Below the pieces are notes generated by a model. It did no database searches. It was not told the origin of the DNA and saw nothing but the letters and a program-made list of their open reading frames with translations. A stretch of DNA of 64,000 nucleotides from a virus, in the IMG/VR virus record IMGVR_UViG_3300025133_000063, positions 16,405 to 80,404 of that record; one strand, given 5' to 3'. Made by a program: the position numbers and the translations under genes. Below, one piece after another: positions 29,964 through 40,127 of the stretch (positions are counted from its first letter, which is position 1; each line of letters begins with the position of its first letter).

Positions 29964-30396
29964 AGTGTCTATTGTAGAACTTGCTCATGGTGCAACAATA
30001 GATATAGACTCAGGTTTGATTAATTTGCCAATTGGTAATGTAACACTTAATTTTTCGCTTGAAGAATGGTTGGTGTTTGCAGGCGTTATTGACGATATAA
30101 ATACGGTAATTCAAGTTAATACATTGGAGAATGTAATGAAATGTTCGACATGCAATACAATTACTTCGTATGTTCATTATGAGGAACCAGATGAAAACGA
30201 AATTAATTAAAAATAGTTTAATAAATTTAAAGCCTGGTGAATATATTTGTTCTGCTGAAGGTGCTAATGCATTATTAAAAATACAGACAAGTACACAAGG
30301 GTTGATTGTCGACATTGTTGGAGATTCTCATAGATGTGATAAGTTATTAACGGTTTTGGTCAATGGCAAATTAATTAATGTGTGGTCTGAGAAAGT

Positions 30397-30567
30397 GTGA
30401 AGCGTTTAATATTACCAAGCTGGTTTTGGTTGGCGCTAATTATAGTAAATGTATTTGTGTTTACGGTTGGCTTCTTTGTCGCCGATAGAGGTTTGATGGC
30501 CACAGCATTATTTAGTGGCTTATCATGTTATTGTGTTTTAAAATTAAATGGAGAAAAAAATGAATAA
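30397..30567 (+). CDS. Small two-TM membrane protein (not in the ORF track)
   Basis: GTG start overlaps the upstream TGA; WFWLALIIVNVFVFTVGFFV; the ORF fills the gap exactly. Confidence 0.6.
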   Translation: MKRLILPSWFWLALIIVNVFVFTVGFFVADRGLMATALFSGLSCYCVLKLNGEKNE

Positions 30568-30796
30568 TAATAAGACGTTACTGGTTGAGTTTGTTGAAAA
30601 GTATACCAATATTGAGAATGAGCGCAAGCTTCTTGGTGAAGATAGAAAACTATTAATTTCGGATTATAAAGATAAGCTAGACGTTAAAGCAGTTCAAGCT
30701 GCGATGCGAATTGTAAAGATGCGTGCTAGTTTAGACATATCCGACACCGAATTTGACAATATGCTTCTTGCACTTGATCGTATTACAACGGTTTAA
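30560..30796 (+). CDS. GapR/DUF2312-like (T4 DsbA-like) dsDNA-binding protein
   Basis: FVEKYTNIENERKLL.ED.K.....YK..LDVKAVQAAMRI.K pattern. Confidence 0.65.
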   Translation: MNNNKTLLVEFVEKYTNIENERKLLGEDRKLLISDYKDKLDVKAVQAAMRIVKMRASLDISDTEFDNMLLALDRITTV

Positions 30797-30799
30797 TAA

Positions 30800-31402
30800 A
30801 TGGCTTTTCGGAAAATTTTAAAATTTCCACATCAAGATTTATTAAAAAAGTCAGAATTGGTTTGTGATATAGATGACTCAATCGTTGCACTAATCAATGA
30901 TTTACGTGATACAGTTAATGTCGCTGGTGGGGTTGGATTATCTGCTCCACAGGTTGGTGTATTAAAACGAGTTATATATGTCGCATGTGATACTTTTTCT
31001 GATATATTAATAAATCCTGTTATTAAAGAAACCTATGATTTTGCTGGTGTACAAGAACAATGCCTTTCATTTCCAGGTGTATCAGAAATAGTTCCAAGAT
31101 ATTCTAGAATTACAGTAGAATATATAGATGAATTAGGTCAAAGTCAAATCTCAGATTTTGATGGTCTTGTATCACAAGTAATCCAACATGAAATTGATCA
31201 TTTAGATGGAAGGCTTATTATCCATCATCTTAGTAGATTAAAGCAGAGGATGATAAGAAAACGTGTCGAAAAGGTAAAGAATAAGGTAAAAAAAATATTG
31301 AAATCTTCAGATAATTCTAACATAGGTCGTAGTAAAAAAAATAATCATTTAAGTAGAAAAGAAGTAAAATTGCGTCGTAAACGCCGTAAACAAAGTCTTT
31401 AA
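30800..31402 (+). CDS. def: Peptide deformylase with basic C-terminal tail
   Basis: GVGLSAPQVG, EQCLS (EGCLS variant), QHEIDHLDG. Confidence 0.93.
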   Translation: MAFRKILKFPHQDLLKKSELVCDIDDSIVALINDLRDTVNVAGGVGLSAPQVGVLKRVIYVACDTFSDILINPVIKETYDFAGVQEQCLSFPGVSEIVPRYSRITVEYIDELGQSQISDFDGLVSQVIQHEIDHLDGRLIIHHLSRLKQRMIRKRVEKVKNKVKKILKSSDNSNIGRSKKNNHLSRKEVKLRRKRRKQSL

Positions 31403-31906
31403 ATTGAATATTTAAAGATATGGAGGTACTTAATATGACTGACATCGAGCGCGCCCGAATTCGTCAATACTCGTTTAGAAAATATAATCTAATGGGACCA
31501 AAATCTTTAATGGTTGCAAGAAAAAAATTGTGCCAAAAGATAACAAATATGACAAATATTGATGAAGATGCATTAAACGAGATAATTAATGATACCATTA
31601 CAGAAAATGACTGGTCTGAACCAGAAGCACTAGCATACTTTGAATGTACAAGCATTGAGGATAGAATTTAGATGGAAATTGAAATAGATGAATTGTTAGG
31701 TATTGCAACAACATCGGAACTTGTCTCCGCAGATATTGCACAAGAAATATTAAGCTTAGGAATGTCAGAATTTTTAAGCCATGGCATAAGCTATGATGAG
31801 GCTATTAACTTGATTACAAAGGCACAATTATCTGTTGCACATCAAGCACACCAAAAGTCATTACTTGTTGTCGACACCAGTGATAGTGAATAAGCGGTTG
31901 TTATAA

Positions 31907-32236
31907 ATGTCTGATTTATTACAAATTCGTGTCGACTTGTTACTTGAGTCATTAACAAAGACAGACAAGAAAGATATTGAAAAAATGATTAAAAAGATTG
32001 TTGCTGACAACGACAAAACAAAAAAACAAGATTTTCAAGATTTTTTTAGTAAAGAAGTAAAAACTCAGAAATTTAAAAAAGCGTTAAATACAATGATTCA
32101 AGATGAACTTAGCAAAGGTTTAAAGTCAAAACAGTCTAAAGATATTACTGTTGATATAGTAAAACGTGTAATGGTTAAGTTGTATCGAGAATTGGCATAT
32201 AATTATTCACCTGTTATTGATAGAATCAAAATTTAA
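31907..32236 (+). CDS. Lys-rich hypothetical protein
   Basis: 109 aa ORF; DLLLES leader-like segment. Confidence 0.55.
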   Translation: MSDLLQIRVDLLLESLTKTDKKDIEKMIKKIVADNDKTKKQDFQDFFSKEVKTQKFKKALNTMIQDELSKGLKSKQSKDITVDIVKRVMVKLYRELAYNYSPVIDRIKI

Positions 32237-32777
32237 ATACGAGAATTATTATGGTTACTTTTTTTAAAATTATTTTAACATTGTCTTTTTTCTTTGTTAT
32301 TACTTTACTTTTAATGGGTTCCAGTGATGAAAAAAGACAATCACAACCCGCGCTGGAACCAGCAATAGAAAATATGCGGTTTGAACATGTACCTGGTACG
32401 GTAAGAAGAGGAGTTAACAGTGAGAAAAAATTCAGTTGGAACATTGAGGCGCGACGTAGACGATATATGCAAAACCCAAGCCAGGCTAGATAGAAGACTA
32501 AAGTACATAAGCTGGGTAGTTGCTCTACTGTCGATATTAACAATATATAACATGTTGTAGTCTATATGCGCGAAGGTCAGCTTGTCAATATTAAGGTAGA
32601 TACAAAGCTTCAAGGTGAAGGCCCTTATATAATTCTTAGAGGCCCATATGAATTTGCAAAGATCCTAAACATCGCCGGTAATAAAATTACCGAAATTACA
32701 ACGTGTGTTGATCTTCTATCATCAACTGGTGATATTTTTGAAGCAATTAAGTGCAAAACACTGGAAAGAATTAAATA

Positions 32778-33122
32778 ATGTCACAATTGATTACGGGCGT
32801 TTTTATGTTTGCTGTAATGCATTTTGGCATATGGTGGTCAGCAAACGCACAATTTATTGATGGTTGGGATAAGAAAACTGCTCTTACATTATCTATATTA
32901 ATGTCTATTCCAATTACACTTTTGGCATTTTTTGCATCACGATATACATATTATGCGCTTGATGAAAAAATGTGGACTGTTCGCTTTTTAGCATTTGGAA
33001 TGTCATACCTTATTTTTCCAGTATTAACATGGCTTTTTCTTAATGAAACACCATTTACGGCAAAAACAATTGTCTGTACAATATTATCCGTATTAATTAT
33101 TTTTGTACAATTGAGATATTAA
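32778..33122 (+). CDS. Four-TM membrane protein (DMT/SMR-like size)
   Basis: Four hydrophobic segments; FLNETPFT before the last TM. Confidence 0.55.
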   Translation: MSQLITGVFMFAVMHFGIWWSANAQFIDGWDKKTALTLSILMSIPITLLAFFASRYTYYALDEKMWTVRFLAFGMSYLIFPVLTWLFLNETPFTAKTIVCTILSVLIIFVQLRY

Positions 33123-33934
33123 TGCCTTCCCGTATTCCAGACAAGTTTTATCGCCCTCTTAATATGGCTATACTTGAGTCAAATTTTTGGTTGGAGACGA
33201 ACGATCCAGATTCTGCAGATTATAATACGATTGAAGGTGAAAATGTAGATCAAACTCCAGCAGCTGAGGTTTTAGGTCATGCGCTTACTACATTTTTTAA
33301 AGAGTCCGGTTATTTAACGAATGTTCTTGTTCGATCGCCAGATCCAGAAAATAACCCAAATTCGACATTTGATAAAAGTCACACCAACTATCCAGATAAG
33401 ATTGTTATTGGTGGTGAGATGGGTTTATCCTCTAGAGGAAGAAGAATGCTTTACCTCAATCTTGCAACATATGCAGAAGATTTTGATGTTAATGATATTA
33501 CACCACAAATTCTTGCAGCCGAGGCTGCTGAAACCATACGCCATGAGCTAATCCATTCAGGACAATACGATAAAAGATCGCAAGCTCAAAAAGTTTCTAG
33601 AGTAGCAGCTAAAGAAAGCTATTATGATGAAGGTCAAATATCAACGTCGAACAATCGCGAACAGTACCTTTCTGCATATATTGAAATAGATGCATATGCT
33701 CATGAATTTGCCGAATACTTGTTACGAAATTACGGTAAGCAAAAGGCACTAAGCATTATTAAGAAACCTAAAGGTCTAAATAACGTCAAGCTGCCCGATC
33801 AAATGAAAGAGTATCTAGATGGTGTTTCAAGTAAAAAGGCGTATATAAACCTGTTGAAGAAGATATATTTTCATATTAACGATCTCTTTGACAGGAAATT
33901 AATAGAAAACGTGCTTAAGCGTCTAATATCTTAG
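33122..33934 (+). CDS. Zincin-like HEXXH metallopeptidase-domain protein
   Basis: RHELIHSGQ...YLSAYIEIDAYAHE; C-terminal LIENVLKRLIS is leader-like. Confidence 0.6.
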   Translation: MPSRIPDKFYRPLNMAILESNFWLETNDPDSADYNTIEGENVDQTPAAEVLGHALTTFFKESGYLTNVLVRSPDPENNPNSTFDKSHTNYPDKIVIGGEMGLSSRGRRMLYLNLATYAEDFDVNDITPQILAAEAAETIRHELIHSGQYDKRSQAQKVSRVAAKESYYDEGQISTSNNREQYLSAYIEIDAYAHEFAEYLLRNYGKQKALSIIKKPKGLNNVKLPDQMKEYLDGVSSKKAYINLLKKIYFHINDLFDRKLIENVLKRLIS

Positions 33935-33973
33935 TGCCAATATAATATTTAAAGCAGTATAAAGGAACCAACA

Positions 33974-34261
33974 GTGAAAATTACAAAAACACAAATCAGA
34001 AGAATTATTAGTGAGAGTAGAATACTCCCCGGTGAGCGAGCCTTGGACTTATACGCAGATATGTCTTTGACCGCAGATATTAAATCGAATATGCTTAAGC
34101 TTATTGAACAAGTAGCAGACAACGCAAACCTTGATGGCTTGAATGACGATGAGGCTCTAGAATCTGCCCATGACGCATTTTGTTCACTAGTGTCGGAGAT
34201 AGCCGACGCTGTTGGTTATCATCATGTCGCAAATCAAATGGACACATTTCAACGAAAGTAA
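33974..34261 (+). CDS. Leader type II (MKITK..IRRII.E) cargo protein, function unknown
   Basis: MKITKTQIRRIISES; ATATTTA upstream. Confidence 0.7.
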   Translation: MKITKTQIRRIISESRILPGERALDLYADMSLTADIKSNMLKLIEQVADNANLDGLNDDEALESAHDAFCSLVSEIADAVGYHHVANQMDTFQRK

Positions 34262-34277
34262 GCTTTAGGGCTAATTT

Positions 34278-35111
34278 ATGTCATATGGTAATACACCTCT
34301 TATAAAAATTTCTGATGGGATTTATGGAAAACTTGAAGCATATAATCCAACAGGTTCAGTTAAAGATAGACTGATCAAGTTTCTTATTGAAAAAGAAGTT
34401 TCTAATAAGAAAATAAATTCTGACACGGTGTTCTGTGAGGCTACATCTGGAAATACTGGAATAGCCCTTGCTTCGGCTGCTGCCTCCTTTGGTGTTATTT
34501 GTAGGATATATATGCCTGCAAACATGTCAAAGGAACGTGTGGATATGATGAGTGCCTTCGGTGCTAAAATTATAAAGGTTCCTGATAATGATTTTGAAGA
34601 AGCCATACGACAACGCGATATATTTTTAAATAAAAACAAAAATTCTTGGTCGCCAATGCAGTTTAGCAATCCAAATAATATTGATTGTCATTTTTCTACT
34701 ACTGCTCCAGAAATTCATAAACAAGTCGCTAAGAAATGGTCGGCATTTATTCATGGTTCTGGTACCGGTGGAACAATCGCCGGCGTTAAGAAATATATTG
34801 ATAGCTTATCACTACCAACAAAGGTCTGTCTAGTTGTTCCTGCCGAGGAAAAACATGGAATTCAAGGAATTGGCGATGGTCAAGATTTTTTAGCAACACC
34901 AAGTGAGTATGACGACATTTATATTATAAGAACTGAAGATGCAATTACACGATCAAAACAATTTGCAAAATCCAGCGGCTATTTAGTAGGCATCAGTTCA
35001 GGGGCAAATATACTTGCTGCTGAATTGTGGAAGAAAAAAAATAAACCTGATGGAGATATTATTACTATATTGGCCGATAGAGGTGAACGTTATATGTCAA
35101 TTTATAGTTAA
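34278..35111 (+). CDS. Cysteine synthase family PLP enzyme (CysK/CysM-like)
   Basis: GNTPL, KLE..NPTGSVKDR, EATSGNTG, GTGGT, HGIQGIG, GISSGAN, DRGERY. Confidence 0.92.
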   Translation: MSYGNTPLIKISDGIYGKLEAYNPTGSVKDRLIKFLIEKEVSNKKINSDTVFCEATSGNTGIALASAAASFGVICRIYMPANMSKERVDMMSAFGAKIIKVPDNDFEEAIRQRDIFLNKNKNSWSPMQFSNPNNIDCHFSTTAPEIHKQVAKKWSAFIHGSGTGGTIAGVKKYIDSLSLPTKVCLVVPAEEKHGIQGIGDGQDFLATPSEYDDIYIIRTEDAITRSKQFAKSSGYLVGISSGANILAAELWKKKNKPDGDIITILADRGERYMSIYS

Positions 35112-35137
35112 ATGAATATTTAAATACAGAGGTTTTT

Positions 35138-35506
35138 GTGTTAGAATATTCTATGCCATTTTTTTATGAAGACAGTAATGTTCCAGCCGTGCTGTCAAAA
35201 ATCTCCCCAATTGAAATCGGCGCCATTACATTGGGGCCATTTGTTTTTTCTAGAGGGAAAATAAGTGAATCAACACGTATACACGAAACAATACACTGGC
35301 AACAATATATTGAGACAGGGATAATTGGTTTTCTTGTCTTATATTTATTGTTTTGGATAATAGGTTTATTCAAATATCGGAGTGGTGTATTGGCTTATCG
35401 TAATATGCCATTTGAGCATGAAGCATATAAACACCAAGATGATGTATCATATTTGTTTAACAGATCACGTTATGAGTGGTGTCGATTAGGATATTACAAT
35501 GAATGA
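35138..35506 (+). CDS. Small HEXXH protein with a membrane segment
   Basis: AITLG, RIHETIHWQQ, PFEHEAY. Confidence 0.6.
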   Translation: MLEYSMPFFYEDSNVPAVLSKISPIEIGAITLGPFVFSRGKISESTRIHETIHWQQYIETGIIGFLVLYLLFWIIGLFKYRSGVLAYRNMPFEHEAYKHQDDVSYLFNRSRYEWCRLGYYNE

Positions 35507-36950
35507 ATTAACGTTAAGACACTATATTAGAGAAGCTCTTGTATTAGATGCCGGTGCCGCTGGAACAGCCAGCTTAGACATACCAGATGGTATTAAAAAT
35601 ATAGATATAATGGATATAGTCACCGCAGAAATAGCCAAAGGTGATCCTACCGGTAAGAGAATGCAGCAAATTTTAGCATTTAATGAAATGGTTTACAATA
35701 TTGCTATGGAAGGTGGAAATAAAAATGCATGGCAAGCAATTGCCGAAAAAATGTTGGCTTATTGGGGTTATAATGTTGAAGACCAAACAGGCGCCGATGC
35801 AACAGGAATAACTGTTTTTTACGATGTTGAGAAAGACAATATATACTATTCAGTAAAATCATCGTTTAAATCAGGTGCTAACAGCTATAGGGCTGCTACA
35901 TCAAGCTCCAATGTTAAAATTCAGTCTATTTGTGCACTTATTATTAAGGAGCCTGAAAAGAACGTATTGGGTAATATTGGGTGTTTTTGTAACAAGAAGA
36001 ACCCTATCATAGGGTGGGGACAAGTTACTGCTCCAATATCAAGAGAAGCAGTGATAAAGAATATTTTGTCTATTGTTTCTAGTGATAATGATTTAGCAAA
36101 AAGATTTATCGATGCAACAGAAAACAAACCATCTTCTTCCATTGCTGATAAAATTATTAGTGATATTAAAAATTATTTTGCCTCGGCCGGCTTAACACCA
36201 GCAGATGGTCGTATGGGCTTAAGCCCTATGGCTGCAGTTCTTGGTGATATAAATGAAAAAGAAATAGGATCTCTTACCCTTGTAGATCCAGTTGAGCTTT
36301 TTGAAAAAACATTGGGTTCAGGTATAAAAGATGGTGTTCGTTCAGATGGCACTAAGGTTGCTCCTGAAGAGGATAGATCTGACTTTTTAAGAAGAATGAG
36401 ATCTGTCGCTAGAACGTTAAGTAGCGTTGAGATGGAAGATGTTATAGCGGCGGCTATAGGAATGTTGACATCTGCTAAGCCTGATGCACCATTGGAGGAA
36501 ACCTTAAGACAATTTACTCCTTCTACACAAGCTTATCTTAGAGAGCATTTTAAAATAAATGAATCAAGATTATTAAAAAAATATATCCGAAGTTTACTTG
36601 AATGTGGTGAAGAACCAGGGCAAACTTTACAACCTCTTATGGATCCCTTATTTAATCTTCGCGAAATAGTAAAAGAGCTAACTCTTCTAGAAGATCATAT
36701 GAATAATCCGTCAAAACAATGTCCGGATTGTATTAACAAACATTTAATGAAGTGTGAGGCCTTGTCTGAAGAGGCTATTTCTTTAGATGGTGATAACCAG
36801 TACCCATTTATTTCCAGTGTACCACAGGTTATTAGAGGGTGGCATAAGGCCGTATTAGATAACGATGTTATACCTCCAGCTGTTCCAGCTGAGATGAGAA
36901 GATTTAGAAAAATGATTATGCCACATGTGGCCAATAAATTTGAGGTTTAG
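35499..36950 (+). CDS. Leader type I polyprotein (two domains separated by an internal leader)
   Basis: N-terminal LRHYIREAL; internal NESRLLKKYIRSLLE; C-terminal domain with LLEDH...CPDC..KH. Confidence 0.7.
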   Translation: MNELTLRHYIREALVLDAGAAGTASLDIPDGIKNIDIMDIVTAEIAKGDPTGKRMQQILAFNEMVYNIAMEGGNKNAWQAIAEKMLAYWGYNVEDQTGADATGITVFYDVEKDNIYYSVKSSFKSGANSYRAATSSSNVKIQSICALIIKEPEKNVLGNIGCFCNKKNPIIGWGQVTAPISREAVIKNILSIVSSDNDLAKRFIDATENKPSSSIADKIISDIKNYFASAGLTPADGRMGLSPMAAVLGDINEKEIGSLTLVDPVELFEKTLGSGIKDGVRSDGTKVAPEEDRSDFLRRMRSVARTLSSVEMEDVIAAAIGMLTSAKPDAPLEETLRQFTPSTQAYLREHFKINESRLLKKYIRSLLECGEEPGQTLQPLMDPLFNLREIVKELTLLEDHMNNPSKQCPDCINKHLMKCEALSEEAISLDGDNQYPFISSVPQVIRGWHKAVLDNDVIPPAVPAEMRRFRKMIMPHVANKFEV

Positions 36951-36957
36951 TATAGCA

Positions 36958-36996
36958 ATGAAAATTACTAAAACAAAAAAGAGGATTTTAAAATGA
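36958..36996 (+). other. 12-codon leader-only micro-ORF (MKITKTKKRILK*), probable cassette scar
   Basis: ATGAAAATTACTAAAACA resembles the type II leader start; its TGA overlaps the ATG at 36993. Confidence 0.55.
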
Positions 36997-37385
36997 AAAT
37001 CACAAAGAGACAGCTACGAAGAATTATTAGAGAAGCTTTTACAACGGTGTCTGATGAAGAATTTGACAGGGACACCTTTGCAGACTATAGGGGTGGACTA
37101 CGAGATTTAGTTCCATCAGATCCAAAGCGCCCATGGGGATCATATGCTGGTGTTGGTGATGAGACATATTCTGATACTATTGTGATGAGTCCAAATGGAG
37201 ACTCAGTCTTGGTTGATGGTCTAGAAACTTATATACAAGATGTACCCTCACAATTACACCATACTTCAGGTTTTGAAATGAGTAAGACCGATGCAGATAA
37301 TTTAATATTCGCCCTTGAAACTCAGGAACAAGATGGTTATATAGAGCTTGGTGTCGAATACAAAAATGGAAAATGGAGTTGGTAA
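36993..37385 (+). CDS. Leader type II cargo protein, function unknown
   Basis: MKITKRQLRRIIRE. Confidence 0.75.
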   Translation: MKITKRQLRRIIREAFTTVSDEEFDRDTFADYRGGLRDLVPSDPKRPWGSYAGVGDETYSDTIVMSPNGDSVLVDGLETYIQDVPSQLHHTSGFEMSKTDADNLIFALETQEQDGYIELGVEYKNGKWSW

Positions 37386-37762
37386 TGAGAATTACAAAGA
37401 GACAACTACGAAAAATTATTAGAGAAGTTAGCGACTGGTATGATGACGAAAACGAGACGCTTGCCGACAAAAAATTTCGTGACTCCTATGAGAGTGAAAA
37501 ACGGCCCCGCGATGATTTACGAAATCGAGTACATCAATACTTGATTGATAAAAAGTTTTTCAAAGGACGTAATCTCAATGGCCGGCCACAGATCGAGATA
37601 TTCTGGGGACCACCTGAAGGACCAGATGTCCCAAAAGGTGCAGGATATACAAATCCCGCCCATGATTTTCTAAAATCAGCAGTTGAATCCGGTGACATTG
37701 ACTGGGCCACATGGGAAGAAATTGAGCCTATCTGGCGAGAAATTGACAGATCAATTAACTGA
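37385..37762 (+). CDS. Leader type II cargo protein, function unknown
   Basis: MRITKRQLRKIIRE; TAATG coupling. Confidence 0.75.
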   Translation: MRITKRQLRKIIREVSDWYDDENETLADKKFRDSYESEKRPRDDLRNRVHQYLIDKKFFKGRNLNGRPQIEIFWGPPEGPDVPKGAGYTNPAHDFLKSAVESGDIDWATWEEIEPIWREIDRSIN

Positions 37763-37782
37763 CATTTAAAAAGGAGATAACA

Positions 37783-38739
37783 ATGAAAATTACAAAAAGA
37801 CAACTTAGAAGAATCATTAGAGAAACTGGCCGGCCCGAACACGATGCCGAAGCCCGCGGCATGGTGGCTTCATACCGTCAAGGTTACAATGATGCCTATC
37901 GCGGACCAGGATATAAAAAACGTGGCAATCGCGAATATCTTCGAGGGTACCAACAGGGTGTTGCTGACGTCGAACAAGGTAAGCCCCCACCGGACGGCTT
38001 CCGGCCAGCCCGGCGCATTAGGGAAGCCGAAGGCTCTACCAAGAAATACGATGATGACTCTGCGCTTAAGGGCGGGCAAAGCAAACTTCCTGATGCCCTT
38101 CAAAAAGGGATCATTGATAAGACAGTTGATGACCGTGAAGAGCGTGAAGAAGAAGAGAGAGAAGAGAAGAATGAATCCGTACAAATTATAAAGCGACAGC
38201 TTAGAAGAACTATTCGCGAAATGATGAGGGGTCCAGCTGCTGAGATGGCTGCAGCCGCTGCAGAGACCGGTGCAGCCGGTATGGCACATCGCCGTGATGG
38301 CCTCGGTAAAAATATCACCGACGTTGACTTTCCAATTATCGTAGGTTACGAAGGTAAGTCGGAGATTGCATATAATCAGGATGAGCTGGACGACATATTG
38401 GATTATGTTGCTCCTACCCATGGCAGTTCTGGAATTCCATACAGCTTAGATTCTATTTCTGATTTAGAACCACACTCTGTTCCTGTAGGTGTTGGAATAG
38501 AGCAATTGTCTGCTGGAAAGAAAATAAAGATTACAAAAAGTCATTTAAAAAGAATTATTCAAGAAACAGTATTACGTGAAAATTTAAACAGTGCTATTGA
38601 AAAAGCACTAACAATGTCAGACACTAAATCTATTAATGTTGTAATAGAAAAAGTAAAAGAGATTGTTGGTGATCAATATAATGATGAACAAATTGCAATT
38701 GCTGTTGAAGATAGCTTTGATAACGCCATGGGAATATAA
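37783..38739 (+). CDS. Leader type II polyprotein (three or more leader copies)
   Basis: MKITKRQLRRIIRE, NESVQIIKRQLRRTIRE, KIKITKSHLKRIIQE. Confidence 0.75.
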   Translation: MKITKRQLRRIIRETGRPEHDAEARGMVASYRQGYNDAYRGPGYKKRGNREYLRGYQQGVADVEQGKPPPDGFRPARRIREAEGSTKKYDDDSALKGGQSKLPDALQKGIIDKTVDDREEREEEEREEKNESVQIIKRQLRRTIREMMRGPAAEMAAAAAETGAAGMAHRRDGLGKNITDVDFPIIVGYEGKSEIAYNQDELDDILDYVAPTHGSSGIPYSLDSISDLEPHSVPVGVGIEQLSAGKKIKITKSHLKRIIQETVLRENLNSAIEKALTMSDTKSINVVIEKVKEIVGDQYNDEQIAIAVEDSFDNAMGI

Positions 38740-38775
38740 AAAGTAAGATATATTTTGAACCTAACGGAAACTAAA

Positions 38776-39339
38776 GTGAACATTATTCGTGAATATATAA
38801 GAGAGCTTCTTGTTGAAGATTTAGCTAAGCGTCAAACTATGGTTATAGAACTGATAACTGAAGAAGACAATTCAGCAGGTCCAGGGTTTAAATACATTCA
38901 CCGTGGAATGAAGATTGATATAGGTAGTGCACCTCTCGCCTCACAGATAAGAAAAGTAGCACAAAAGAAATCAGCCGGTATAAGTGAGCGCGAAGCTGGT
39001 GCTTTTATTATGGCCAAGTTGAAAAACGAAGAAATCGGTGAATCTTGGACAACAAATAGAGATGTAGCTTCAAACTTTGCAGATGTTTGGGAGGCAACCA
39101 ATCGAGGCAGCACTCTTCACGTGATGTTTACTGGCAAGATTCCAAATAATTTTGGTTATGATCCAACAATAACTGGTGAAGAGCCTGCGATGTTTGACGA
39201 TGAAAGTGAGGTTCGAATTCCAAAAGGCGAAGAAATAGAAATCTCTTCTGTTTCTGTTTTTATTGCTAGTAAGGCCAGCGGCAAAAATTGGATGAAATTT
39301 CGCCCAGTCGCATTTAGCTTAGGCAAGGTAAGAGCATGA
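38776..39339 (+). CDS. Leader type I plus ADP-ribosyltransferase-like (R-S-E) domain
   Basis: VNIIREYIRELLVE; YIHRG...ESWTTNRDVASNFA...ESEVRI. Confidence 0.7.
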   Translation: MNIIREYIRELLVEDLAKRQTMVIELITEEDNSAGPGFKYIHRGMKIDIGSAPLASQIRKVAQKKSAGISEREAGAFIMAKLKNEEIGESWTTNRDVASNFADVWEATNRGSTLHVMFTGKIPNNFGYDPTITGEEPAMFDDESEVRIPKGEEIEISSVSVFIASKASGKNWMKFRPVAFSLGKVRA

Positions 39340-40127
39340 ACCTACTCCGCGAATACATAAGAGAGCTGCTAGCAGAAGACGCCATGGGCTTTGTCCACGA
39401 TCTTGCAGCTACATCAGAAGAGTTTGGTGAAGAAGGCGAAATGTTCTTTGGTGGTAATCCCGGAAAAGGCGGAGGCAAGGCAATTAAGCGCGCATTCAAT
39501 GCAAATGCTGATCACCAATGGTTGGCAACACTAGACACTGTCCATTGGACCGGTGAGATTTACAATATGGAAGGGCTTGTTGGAAAAGGAAAGGACGAAC
39601 TTTCTGCAACAATGACGCTTCCAGGCGAAGATTTTGATTGGCAGCTTTATTATGGATTATGGATAAAGGGCCGCATAACCTTAGCAGCAAATGATCAAGA
39701 CGCGTTATATACAGGTCACTATTCGACAGGTACTCCAGACGAGAAACAAGCACATATAGATAAATCTTCTGGAAGAAACAAGCTGCCATCCGTCTCAAAA
39801 GATTATAGTCGTTACGGACAACTTAAACGTGGGAACGAATATGCCGAAAGGACGGCGAAGAAAATTCCATATCTTTTAGACCAGTCTATGTGGAATCCTT
39901 CTGGGAATAATAACGAAGCACTGGTCGACAATTGGAAACCTGTTGGAATAATCCTAACGAAATTCGACGAGATAGATATCGTTTCAGGATTGGGGTATGT
40001 TGAGGGCACCAAAGAAGATATTGAAGAATTTACGCTTGGTGTGACGAAACAAATTCTATTAACGGCCCTTGCGTTTGGTGTACCAGTTTATGATACAGAG
40101 CGAGAGTTATTATGGAGCCCGGAATGA
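39336..40127 (+). CDS. Leader type I plus unknown domain (possibly ART-like)
   Basis: MNLLREYIRELLAE; VHW...ELSA...NEALV spacing. Confidence 0.65.
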   Translation: MNLLREYIRELLAEDAMGFVHDLAATSEEFGEEGEMFFGGNPGKGGGKAIKRAFNANADHQWLATLDTVHWTGEIYNMEGLVGKGKDELSATMTLPGEDFDWQLYYGLWIKGRITLAANDQDALYTGHYSTGTPDEKQAHIDKSSGRNKLPSVSKDYSRYGQLKRGNEYAERTAKKIPYLLDQSMWNPSGNNNEALVDNWKPVGIILTKFDEIDIVSGLGYVEGTKEDIEEFTLGVTKQILLTALAFGVPVYDTERELLWSPE

